A stretch of 28,329 nucleotides of DNA from a virus (Duplodnaviria; Heunggongvirae; Uroviricota; Caudoviricetes): the IMG/VR virus record IMGVR_UViG_2778261175_000004. The stretch is one strand, 5' to 3'. Shown here piece by piece: positions 12,509-20,276 of this stretch. Numbering within the stretch: position 1 is the first letter of the stretch; every line of letters starts with the position of its first letter. The position numbers were made by a program, and so were the translations under genes. The notes beneath the pieces were generated by a model that was given only the letters and a program-made list of their open reading frames with translations, ran no database searches and was not told the DNA's origin.

Positions 12509-13033
12509 ATGAAGTTATGGCCTGTGTTGACTGGCATTGCACTCTCTTTCACTCTTATAGCATGTAAGGCCCCGACACCACCTAAAGGTGTGCAGCCGAT
12601 TACAAATTTTGACGCCAACCGCTACCTCGGAAAATGGTATGAAATAGCTCGCCTCGAGAACCGGTTCGAACGTGGTCTGGAACAGGTCAGCGCTACCTAT
12701 GGAAAACGGAACGACGGAGGGATTCGTGTACTTAACCGTGGATACGATCCAACGAAAAATAAATGGAGCGAGAGCGAAGGTAAAGCATACTTTACTGGAG
12801 ATACTAAAACTGCAGCGTTGAAGGTTTCGTTTTTTGGCCCCTTCTATGGTGGCTATAATGTAATCAAACTGGATGATGAGTATAAGTATGCTCTTGTCAG
12901 TGGTCCGAACAGAGAATACCTATGGATTCTGGCAAGGACCCCAACTATTCCAGATAAAGTAAAAGCAGACTATGTGCGAACCGCTCAAAAGTTGGGATTC
13001 AATGTCAATGAATTATTATGGGTTAAACAATAA
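12509..13033 (+). CDS. Bacterial lipocalin Blc-type outer-membrane lipoprotein (divergent homolog)
   Basis: 174 aa with lipobox FTLIAC. Blocks NFDANRYLGKWYEIARLENRFERGLE, SEGKAYFTG, AALKVSFFGPFYGGYNVI and YLWILARTPTI closely parallel recalled E. coli Blc, but with many substitutions (roughly 60-65 percent identity by eye). Confidence 0.85.
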   Translation: MKLWPVLTGIALSFTLIACKAPTPPKGVQPITNFDANRYLGKWYEIARLENRFERGLEQVSATYGKRNDGGIRVLNRGYDPTKNKWSESEGKAYFTGDTKTAALKVSFFGPFYGGYNVIKLDDEYKYALVSGPNREYLWILARTPTIPDKVKADYVRTAQKLGFNVNELLWVKQ

Positions 13034-13061
13034 AATCCCTACCCGAAATAATACTTATTAG

Positions 13062-13088
13062 AAAAAAACCAGCCTTTGGGGAGGCTGG
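13062..13088 (-). terminator. Putative late-leader terminator (tR'-like), also placed to terminate the convergent blc-like transcript
   Basis: Stem CCAGCCT / AGGCTGG (13069-13075 / 13082-13088) with loop TTGGGG; on the minus strand it is followed by a T7 run (forward A7 at 13062-13068). Lies about 100-125 nt downstream of the Q stop, as expected for the lambda-type 6S leader transcript. Confidence 0.5.
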
Positions 13089-13188
13089 CTAAATCAGGAA
13101 ACAAGCTGTTATATGATAATAACTACGTTGCGATTCCAACATTTAAAATGTTAGACTAATGAGAATCAGACAGCAACTTTTCCTTTAA

Positions 13189-13566
13189 TTATTTCGAACA
13201 ATCAGCATCCATCTCCAATCGGAGATCCAACACCATCAGCATACCCTCCACTACGCCCTCAGCTTTCTGGAGCATCCTGCCAACCCAACAATCAGATCGC
13301 CCATGCTTACGTGCAAGCGCCATAAAAGTCATGCCGCCGACATAATAGTCCACCAATAAATCATGCAAATCGCTGTTGTTCTTTTTCAGACGGGCCATGC
13401 ACCCGCAAATGATCATCGCGTCATCGTCACAACATTGCGGGCGAGATTTTACTTTTGAAGGAATTAATCCCTTAAAACCGGCGGCAATGGACGACCAGGT
13501 CACATCTTCATGATTATTAGCCGCCCACGCTCCCCAACGCTCAAGAACCATCTGAATATCACGCAT
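13189..13566 (-). CDS. Q: Late-gene antiterminator Q (QuuD-like)
   Basis: From the Met at 13566: [60 protein letters not shown]...; Cys-rich Zn motif; matches recalled DLP12 QuuD over most of its length. Confidence 0.8.
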   Translation of the reverse strand: MRDIQMVLERWGAWAANNHEDVTWSSIAAGFKGLIPSKVKSRPQCCDDDAMIICGCMARLKKNNSDLHDLLVDYYVGGMTFMALARKHGRSDCWVGRMLQKAEGVVEGMLMVLDLRLEMDADCSK

Positions 13567-13648
13567 CAACTTACTCCACAAAACTCAGACCAGAACGCCA
13601 ATTACAAGCAAAAATCAACAAAACAGTATTAGTTGATTGTTATCTCTG

Positions 13649-13789
13649 ACTTCATACTCCTGCTCCTGTCAGTGTTTTGGCGTAATTCTTCAGTATTCGG
13701 TAATCGGTCAAAACAGAGCCGGGGAAACGATATAAGCGCAGACGCCCCCAGCGGTGGCGAAGAAGTTCTGCCATATTAAACTCAAACAT
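13649..13789 (-). CDS. ylcG: Small nin-region protein YlcG-like (46 aa)
   Basis: Manual translation of the minus strand: MFEFNMAELLRHRWGRLRLYRFPGSVLTDYRILKNYAKTLTGAGV; ATG overlaps the rusA stop (TGATG). Below the ORF-track size cut-off. Confidence 0.5.
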
Positions 13790-14152
13790 CATTCATTCCC
13801 CATTTCGGTGATGGTCAGTTCCAGCCTCCCACCTTTGGTAACAGGCATCTTCACAACGCGGTAATCAACGACCTGAGCATCATCCAGCCAGAAACCTGCT
13901 TTAGTGAGTGCGTCAAAAGCGGCTTTTTGCAGATTATCCAGGTCACGGCTACGGCGATCCGGCATGTGGCACTCAATGCGGATTTTCACAGGCATAGCCA
14001 GGCCGATATCCAGCATTGCGTTTTTAATGATTCGGGCGACGTTATCGCGGTATGCCTGCCCCCTCTGCACTGACGTGCGTGCGCCCGCGATTATGGCGGT
14101 AATAGCGATTATTGCTCGGAGGCCAGGGTAATGTGATACTGTAGGTATTCAC
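13789..14152 (-). pseudogene. rusA: Holliday-junction resolvase rusA, disrupted by a +1 frameshift in a G5 run (C5 on the forward strand, 14059-14063)
   Basis: Minus-strand GTG at 14152 gives [31 protein letters not shown], the recalled RusA N-terminus, then hits a stop after the G5 run. The remaining RusA sequence ([19 protein letters not shown]...TITEMGNE) continues in the +1 frame as track ORF 13789..14070. Confidence 0.75.
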
Positions 14153-14439
14153 GCCTTAATAACCCCCTCTTTCAGCCAGATAACCTGTGTTCTCGCCATA
14201 CCTTCCAGCGCGCATTCTTTTGCATATGCAGCATCGACAAAATGTGTGCGGCGGTCGATTTCGTCGTGGCAGGCAGAACATGCAATGGTGGCAATCAGGT
14301 CTGGCGGTTTGATACCGGTACCGCACAATCCAGCCAGCCGGATATGTGCCAGTACAGACGTTTCAGAATTGCCATTACATACGCCAGGGATTCTTACCTG
14401 GCATTCCCGACCACGCGCTGCTTTTCTCAAATCAGCCAT
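14149..14439 (-). CDS. ybcO: YbcO-like nin-region protein (putative nuclease, DUF1364)
   Basis: From the internal Met: [42 protein letters not shown]...EGVIKA, 96 aa; matches recalled DLP12 YbcO. Four Cys suggest a metal site. Confidence 0.8.
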   Translation of the reverse strand: MADLRKAARGRECQVRIPGVCNGNSETSVLAHIRLAGLCGTGIKPPDLIATIACSACHDEIDRRTHFVDAAYAKECALEGMARTQVIWLKEGVIKA

Positions 14440-14602
14440 GATTCCTCCTTGCTGCCAGTCGCAACCATTTTTTATCAACCAGGCTAGCGGTATATCCGAG
14501 CAGTGTTGGTATTTCGGATGGCTTCAGCTCAGGCTTACGCTTACGACGATTTGATACTCTGTAGATGTGTCCGTTCATGACACGAATAAGCGGTGTAGCC
14601 AT
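14432..14602 (-). CDS. ninE: NinE-like protein (56 aa)
   Basis: Manual translation: [56 protein letters not shown]; start overlaps the ybcN stop (TAATG), end overlaps the ybcO start. Below the track size cut-off. Confidence 0.65.
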   Translation of the reverse strand: MATPLIRVMNGHIYRVSNRRKRKPELKPSEIPTLLGYTASLVDKKWLRLAARRNHG

Positions 14603-15057
14603 TACGCCTCCTGCTTGTCGCGGAGCAGCTGGAACTCGCAGCTCTGCGGAATAGTCAGGTGGCAGCCAATATTCACCGCCCAGGCTTCAACCTTACACAG
14701 GAAGACATACATCTCTCCGGTATCAAGATCGGAGGTATGGCGTAACGACTGGATAGTGGTGATATCACCGGTTACGACATCAACCAGGTCTTTGGTTTCA
14801 TAACCGAGATATGTGTGTTTGAGAGCATCTTTTACCCAAGCTGGAGTGGCGAACGTTTTACCCCTGCTGATGAGGTATTCACTGATTTCGCTGTACCACA
14901 TGTGGCTGAGTGCATTCTGGGAAAGACTGCGTTTCTCACGCCACGGTTTAAGCACCATGCGAAAGCATTTGCCCTCCTCCAGATAAGGCTGGATCTGCCG
15001 ACCGATAGCGGTGAAGTTGCCGCGATGTAATTTGATGCCGTCTTGTGAGAGGTTCAC
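14602..15057 (-). CDS. ybcN: YbcN-like nin-region protein (DNA base-flipping protein family)
   Basis: 151 aa, [55 protein letters not shown]...; matches recalled DLP12 YbcN; start codon is GTG. Confidence 0.8.
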
Positions 15058-15155
15058 GCTTCACCTCCGCAGAGGTCAAACGCTAGATGCAAAGAATTGC
15101 AGGTGCATTTCTGCATCTGTGAAGGGAGAAGAGAGTTTGGATTGTATGTGCGCAT
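15054..15155 (-). CDS. ylcH: Small protein YlcH-like (33 aa)
   Basis: Manual translation: [33 protein letters not shown]; stop overlaps the ybcN GTG (GTGA). Identity to K-12 YlcH is assumed from position and length only. Confidence 0.3.
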
Positions 15156-15271
15156 AAACGTCCCCGTTTAGCGCAGAAGTCACCGGAGTTGTTCAGGCTC
15201 CGGTGACATAATTATGCCGTGTTGATTTCCCAAAATCAAAATCGATAGAATTGCTCCTTCTTAAAACACTT

Positions 15272-16069
15272 TTACTCTCTGGAAGCTTTTCTTATCTCTC
15301 TTGGTGTTATATTAAAACGATTATGAAATCTTTCAGTAAAACGAGAAGGACACTTATAACCATTTTCTCTGGCAATCTCGCTTATAGGTTTTACCGTCGT
15401 TTGTATAGCAGACAACGCATTATTTAACCTCACATCGTCCAGTATACTTTGGAAACTTACCCCCTCGCTTGCTAGACGGCGATGTAATGTAGAAACAGAA
15501 ATGTAGAGATATCGAGCAACCTTGTTTGCTGTCCATTTTGTGCCGGGTTCGGATAGCAGCAGGTTATAACAACGACTTATCAATGATTGTTTACTATATG
15601 ATAAAAGTAAATGATTAACATGATTCACTCCTAACGAAAGTAGAACGCCCATTGCTAAGTGCTCCTGAATTTTAGTTGAGAAGCCTCGGGAAACAGATGT
15701 TTTTAGTTGCTCCCAACAATATATTAACTCAGGATTCTGAGGTAAAAAGAAACTTGTTTTGTTACGTATTTGATCAGTTACCGTATAAAGTTTTTGGAAA
15801 CTCTCAATTAAATCAATGGGTAAGTAAAGCATTTCTGCAAGATAAAGCCCTGCTTCAGGATAATTCTCAATATAAAATTCATAACCACAAGGAAATAATA
15901 TTATTTGATTATTATCAACAGTTAAAGTATGCGTCTCCCAATTGATAACTTTCTTTCCCTGACGGATACGACACAAAGCTGGCATAAGAGGCTTAACCCT
16001 ATGAATCTCATGATGTTTATGCATCCGTATTTCTTCGATCTTTAAGTTAGTCTTACCTCTTGCCAGCAT
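15272..16069 (-). CDS. ybcM: AraC-family transcriptional regulator YbcM-like
   Basis: 265 aa; C-terminal AraC helix-turn-helix (...[42 protein letters not shown]...). Matches DLP12 YbcM in position and length. Confidence 0.8.
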
Positions 16070-16078
16070 ACTCTCACC

Positions 16079-16630
16079 CTACTTTATCTCATAAACTGGT
16101 GTTATCTCAGCGGTTGCGATTTTATTAGCATTAAGCATATAACCAACTAACGCTCCGCTGGAGTTAGAATCTACAGGAATCTTTTCAGTTTTTAGAGCCC
16201 ATACTTTAAACTGGTAATGATGTGGTTTATCTCCTTTAGGAGGACACGCGCCACCAAACCCAGCATAGCCAAAATCATTTCGGCCTTGAACAGCACCAGT
16301 CGGCAGTTTTGTTCCATCACGTCTCCCTGCATCAACGGGCAAATATGTTATTGTTGCTGGAATATTAACAACAGTCCAATGCCACCAACCACTGCCTGTA
16401 GGTGCATCTGGATCATATACAGTTACGGCAAAGCTTTTGGTACCTTCAGGAACACCAGACCAGGTTAATGAGGGCGATGTATTACCACCTTCACACCCAA
16501 ATCCAGAAAAGACATGAGACGTTGTAAGTTGCTCTCCTGTTTTTATTTCATTACTAGTGACCTGAAATGCTGCAGCCTGCGCAGAAAATGTTATGAATGC
16601 CAATACAGTTGAAACGATAAGTGTTTTCAT
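16079..16630 (-). CDS. ybcL: Periplasmic phosphatidylethanolamine-binding protein (PEBP / Raf kinase inhibitor-like) YbcL-like
   Basis: 183 aa with signal peptide MKTLIVSTVLAFITFSAQA; PEBP motifs (...YDPDAPTGSGWWHW...HHYQFKVWAL...). Confidence 0.85.
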   Translation of the reverse strand: MKTLIVSTVLAFITFSAQAAAFQVTSNEIKTGEQLTTSHVFSGFGCEGGNTSPSLTWSGVPEGTKSFAVTVYDPDAPTGSGWWHWTVVNIPATITYLPVDAGRRDGTKLPTGAVQGRNDFGYAGFGGACPPKGDKPHHYQFKVWALKTEKIPVDSNSSGALVGYMLNANKIATAEITPVYEIK

Positions 16631-16846
16631 AAAAACCTCTTTGTTATGACCTATCGTTATTTTATTTGATATTCCTTTATCTCATTATGCATAAAGGCGC
16701 AATTTTTATGCAAAAGCAATCACAATTGTACCCCCAACCCAATTATTTGCCACAATATACACAAAGCACATTGATACTATCTAAAAACTCTGCTTTATTA
16801 TTAGTAATACCTACGAAAGTCGGTGTTATTTTTTAACCTATCATTC

Positions 16847-16896
16847 AAAATACGTGACATACACCATTTTGCTCATAATAATTTGTCACGTATTTT
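16847..16896. repeat. Perfect 13-bp inverted repeat AAAATACGTGACA / TGTCACGTATTTT with a 24-bp spacer, in the ybcK-ybcL intergenic region
   Basis: Direct reading: 16847-16859 and 16884-16896 are exact reverse complements. Confidence 0.9.
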
Positions 16897-17094
16897 CAGT
16901 ATTTGAATCTGCGACCAAGAGTTCTCACCTGACAAATGATTAAGATTGTATAGCTCATTTACTACCCCAATACAGCCGTACAAAACTCGCTTGTGGGAGC
17001 AAACAAAGTAATTACCCATTAAGTTTCGTCAAAGATAATTAATTCTGTCTTGCACTTTATCACCATAGCATAACTTAAAATCCGAGATCATTAT

Positions 17095-18621
17095 TTAGAA
17101 ATAAATCTCACCATCAACCATATATTTGAGAGCACTTATCGCCTGCTGGGCGGATATTACTTTCATTAAAGGATAGTGTTTAAAAACAATGCCATTCATA
17201 AAATAAATATCACAGGTTTTATTATCCGTATTAATTATGATTTTTTCGAATGTTTTATAGGCAAGTGTACGGCATAACTCTCGTCCATTTTTACTGGTTA
17301 AGTCAATAGCATAAAAATCACTGAATGAATTTACACCTTTACTCTTCAAAGTTTTCAATGATACCGAAGCCCTTCGTAATTCCTTATCTAATAGTCTTAT
17401 TTTCTCTGCTATAGCGGTAACTTCAGGCGCGACAGACAATGCAACGATTAAATTATTAATTTTCATCTGAAGCTCAATAATTTTTAACTCTAAAGTTTCA
17501 TTAGCATCTTTCTTGTTTTCAACTGGTTGAATTTTGCTACAATTAAAAAGCAATTCATTAATGATATTATAATCAACCAAATCTCTTTTTATTGATGGCC
17601 TGTCACATCGATGTAATCTTCTCATCGGACAAACATAATAGCCATGCAAACTTCCAGATACCGCATGAACAATCATGGTATTACCACAAGCCTCACACTT
17701 CATAACTGTTCGAAGTAGATTTATTAGCATAGGATTCTTGCTACTATTGCTAATACCAAAAGGTGCCAACCGAATTTCCTGTACAGCGTAAAACAAATCA
17801 TCTGATATGACTCTGGGATAATAGCCAGCGATTTCACTTATCCCTTTCCCTCTTGCACGATATGAAGGTACGCATATACCTATCAGAGCTTTATTCGCTA
17901 ATAATTTTTCAATTACAGAAGGTCCCCATGCACTTTCTTTTCCTGAGAAATTCTTTACAGCATGATCATTTAAATACTTGGCTATTGCATTCAATGAGCG
18001 CCTTTCCATCCTGAGTTTAAAAATTAGCTCAATAGTTTTCACCCTGTCGGGGTCTGGAACAAAAGCCGTTCTTTTGTCATCTAAGGAGAGCCATCTCGGA
18101 CAAGACGCCGTCATAATCGTACCTGATTCCAGTGCATCCTGCCGTTTTTTCTTCCATGATAATTTAACCCGACTTGACTTTATCTCGCTTTCTTCATTTG
18201 CCCTTTGTGCTATAAGTATGGCTTTTATTAATGAATATGGCTCATTCAAAGAGTCAATATTATAGACTGTATTGTCGCAAAGAGTTATAACATCAATACC
18301 GTGATTCAAAATCAATTTCAGACGTTCAATCGCTTCACCGACTTTTTCTCTTGAAAGTCTGTCCAGACTTTCAACTAACAATGTAGTTCCTGGCAATATA
18401 TAACCATGCTCTATAGCATCTAAAAATTCCGAAAAAGCTCCTGATTGTGCATGCTTTCCTTTGAATGCACTTAATCCTAAATCTTCATATGTTATGGTAT
18501 CAAGATAATAATCACTATTTACCTTTAACCATTCAGCAATAAGTCTTCTCTGTCGGTTTAATGAGTCACCAGACATCTGACCTGGTGATGAAAATCGCAT
18601 ATATGCTATGGCTTTTTTCAT
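17095..18621 (-). CDS. ybcK: Large serine recombinase (resolvase/invertase-type N-terminal catalytic domain plus large C-terminal domain), YbcK-like
   Basis: 508 aa. N-terminus MKKAIAYMRFSSPGQMSGDSLNRQRR... has the serine-recombinase catalytic motif (Y-x-R-x-S-S). C-terminal Cys cluster (CEACGNTMIVH...YYVCPMRRLHRC) is typical of large serine recombinases. Confidence 0.85.
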   Translation of the reverse strand: MKKAIAYMRFSSPGQMSGDSLNRQRRLIAEWLKVNSDYYLDTITYEDLGLSAFKGKHAQSGAFSEFLDAIEHGYILPGTTLLVESLDRLSREKVGEAIERLKLILNHGIDVITLCDNTVYNIDSLNEPYSLIKAILIAQRANEESEIKSSRVKLSWKKKRQDALESGTIMTASCPRWLSLDDKRTAFVPDPDRVKTIELIFKLRMERRSLNAIAKYLNDHAVKNFSGKESAWGPSVIEKLLANKALIGICVPSYRARGKGISEIAGYYPRVISDDLFYAVQEIRLAPFGISNSSKNPMLINLLRTVMKCEACGNTMIVHAVSGSLHGYYVCPMRRLHRCDRPSIKRDLVDYNIINELLFNCSKIQPVENKKDANETLELKIIELQMKINNLIVALSVAPEVTAIAEKIRLLDKELRRASVSLKTLKSKGVNSFSDFYAIDLTSKNGRELCRTLAYKTFEKIIINTDNKTCDIYFMNGIVFKHYPLMKVISAQQAISALKYMVDGEIYF

Positions 18622-18800
18622 GGTGACACCTGCTAACGTATGCTTTTATAAACCTTAGTGGTGGGATATAATTTTTGTTTAATTTTTATTTAAAAAGACA
18701 ATTAAGGTCACATTATCTTGAATATACAACAATAATCGTATTGCAATTTTCTTACGCCATAATCTTGAAAGCACAAAAGAATACATAAAAAATAAAGACA

Positions 18801-18845
18801 TTAACAAAAAGCATAAAACGAGGCTCATATAAATATAAGAGCCTC
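18801..18845 (-). terminator. Putative terminator downstream of emrE
   Basis: Stem GAGGCTC / GAGCCTC (18820-18826 / 18839-18845) with a 12-nt AT loop, followed on the minus strand by GTTTTATGCTTTTTG. The long loop makes this only moderately convincing. Confidence 0.35.
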
Positions 18846-18875
18846 CATATTTTAGTCGTTTAGAAACAAATTATT

Positions 18876-19211
18876 TTAATGTGGTGTGCTTCGTGACAAT
18901 AAATTAATAACCAACACACCGGCACAAATCAACATCATGCCTATAATAGCTGGCAGGTCCAGCCGTTGGTCGAAAAGTCCCCATGACAGTAAGCTAATCA
19001 GGACAATACCGACTCCTGACCAGATAGCATAAGCAATCCCTGTAGGAATATAAGCCAGCGTCTGAGCTAATAACCAGAATGATGCACAATAACAAATAAT
19101 TGTACCAACAGATGGCCATAACCGTGTAAAACCTTCTGAAAACTTCATTAAGGTTGTACCAATGACCTCTGCAAGTATTGCACCACCAAGATAAATATAA
19201 GGGTTCATAGC
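18876..19211 (-). CDS. emrE: Small multidrug resistance efflux transporter EmrE
   Basis: From the internal Met: MNPYIYLGGAILAEVIGTTLMKFSEGFTRLWPSVGTIICYCASFWLLAQTLAYIPTGIAYAIWSGVGIVLISLLSWG..., 110 aa; matches recalled E. coli EmrE. Confidence 0.95.
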   Translation of the reverse strand, partial: AMNPYIYLGGAILAEVIGTTLMKFSEGFTRLWPSVGTIICYCASFWLLAQTLAYIPTGIAYAIWSGVGIVLISLLSWGLFDQRLDLPAIIGMMLICAGVLVINLLSRSTPH

Positions 19212-19275
19212 ATATTCTTTCCTGTTCAAACTGGAGAGAATTGTACTACAGTTTGAACTCAACTCACCTGTTTCA

Positions 19276-19578
19276 TCATTGTGTACCCATTGATGTTCTT
19301 TTATATACCCTCAATACCCGTTTCATCGCGGCACTCTGGCGACACTCCTTAAAAATCAGATTCGTGCTCACCTTTCCTTCCCGTTCTTCTCTGGTAGCGA
19401 ACCGGTAATACACCGTTCGCCAGACCTTACCATCAACGACCAGGATTCCTGCCCGCGCCATTTTAGCCGCAGCCTGATTTATGCTGGTTACGGTTGCGCC
19501 TGTTACCGCGGCAACGTCCTGTGCACAGAAGCTCTTATGCGTCCCCAGGTAATGAATAATTGCCTCTTTGCCCGTCAT
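19276..19578 (-). CDS. ren: Ren protein (Rex exclusion escape), lambda-like
   Basis: 100 aa, MTGKEAIIHYLGTHKSFCAQDVAAVTGATVTSINQAAAKMARAGILVVDGKVWRTVYYRFATREEREGK...; matches recalled lambda Ren. Confidence 0.85.
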   Translation of the reverse strand: MTGKEAIIHYLGTHKSFCAQDVAAVTGATVTSINQAAAKMARAGILVVDGKVWRTVYYRFATREEREGKVSTNLIFKECRQSAAMKRVLRVYKRTSMGTQ

Positions 19579-20276
19579 ACACTTGCTCCTTTCAGTCCGA
19601 ACTTAGCTTTAATTTCTGCGATCTTCGCCAGAGCCTGTGCACGATTTAGAGGTCTACCGCCCATAACAGGAAGTTGTTTTACTGGTTCAGGTATCGTCTC
19701 ACCACGGTTAATTCGCGCTGTCATACAGGTCAGTTCATCGGCAGCCTTGCGCCGTAATTCCGCGTCAGTCAGCGCATTGGCCCGCATGTTCTGGTACAAG
19801 TTGGTAACCAACCAGTAATGCGCGTTCGATTTCCACGGATAAGACTCTGCATCCGGATACAGGCCACGCTTCCGGCAATACTCGTAAACCATATCAACCA
19901 GCTCGCTGACGTTTGGCAGCCCGGCGTTAACAGATGCTTCTTCCCGGCACCAGGCGACAAACTGCCCGGGTGATGGCAGGAATGGTCGATTCTGCCGACG
20001 GGCTACGCGCATTCCAGCGTTAACCTGTTCCATTGTGGTGATCCCGTTTTCCCGGAAAGCCAGAACCCACTGGCGGCGGATTTCGTTCAGTTCATTCTGG
20101 TCACGGTTAGCCAGGCTCGCCGGGAAAGTTGCCAGTAACTGGCTGAACACACCGTTGATGATCTGCGCTACCTGCTGTACCTGTGGCTTTTCGTCGTACT
20201 GTTCCGGCATGTTGTTGGCGATCCGGCGCATCTGCTCACAGTCAAAGTTAACCATCTGTGCGGCGATGTTTTTCAT
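19575..20276 (-). CDS. P: Replication protein P (DnaB helicase loader)
   Basis: 233 aa, MKNIAAQMVNFDCEQMRRIANNMPEQYDEKPQVQQVAQIINGVFSQLLATF...KFGLKGASV; near-identical to recalled lambda gpP. Confidence 0.95.
   Translation of the reverse strand: MKNIAAQMVNFDCEQMRRIANNMPEQYDEKPQVQQVAQIINGVFSQLLATFPASLANRDQNELNEIRRQWVLAFRENGITTMEQVNAGMRVARRQNRPFLPSPGQFVAWCREEASVNAGLPNVSELVDMVYEYCRKRGLYPDAESYPWKSNAHYWLVTNLYQNMRANALTDAELRRKAADELTCMTARINRGETIPEPVKQLPVMGGRPLNRAQALAKIAEIKAKFGLKGASV

Noticed and set aside
10086-13188. tRNA genes in the Q-to-holin region, as found in many Stx phages
   Set aside because: Scanning the intergenic stretches by eye found no sequence with the conserved GTTC-purine-A T-loop in a cloverleaf context; a tRNAscan-SE run would be needed to exclude them formally.
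13904-14554. Plus-strand ORFs 13904..14131, 14242..14487 and 14246..14554 in the nin region
   Set aside because: Antisense to rusA, ybcO and ninE, which are supported by homology; implausible compositions.
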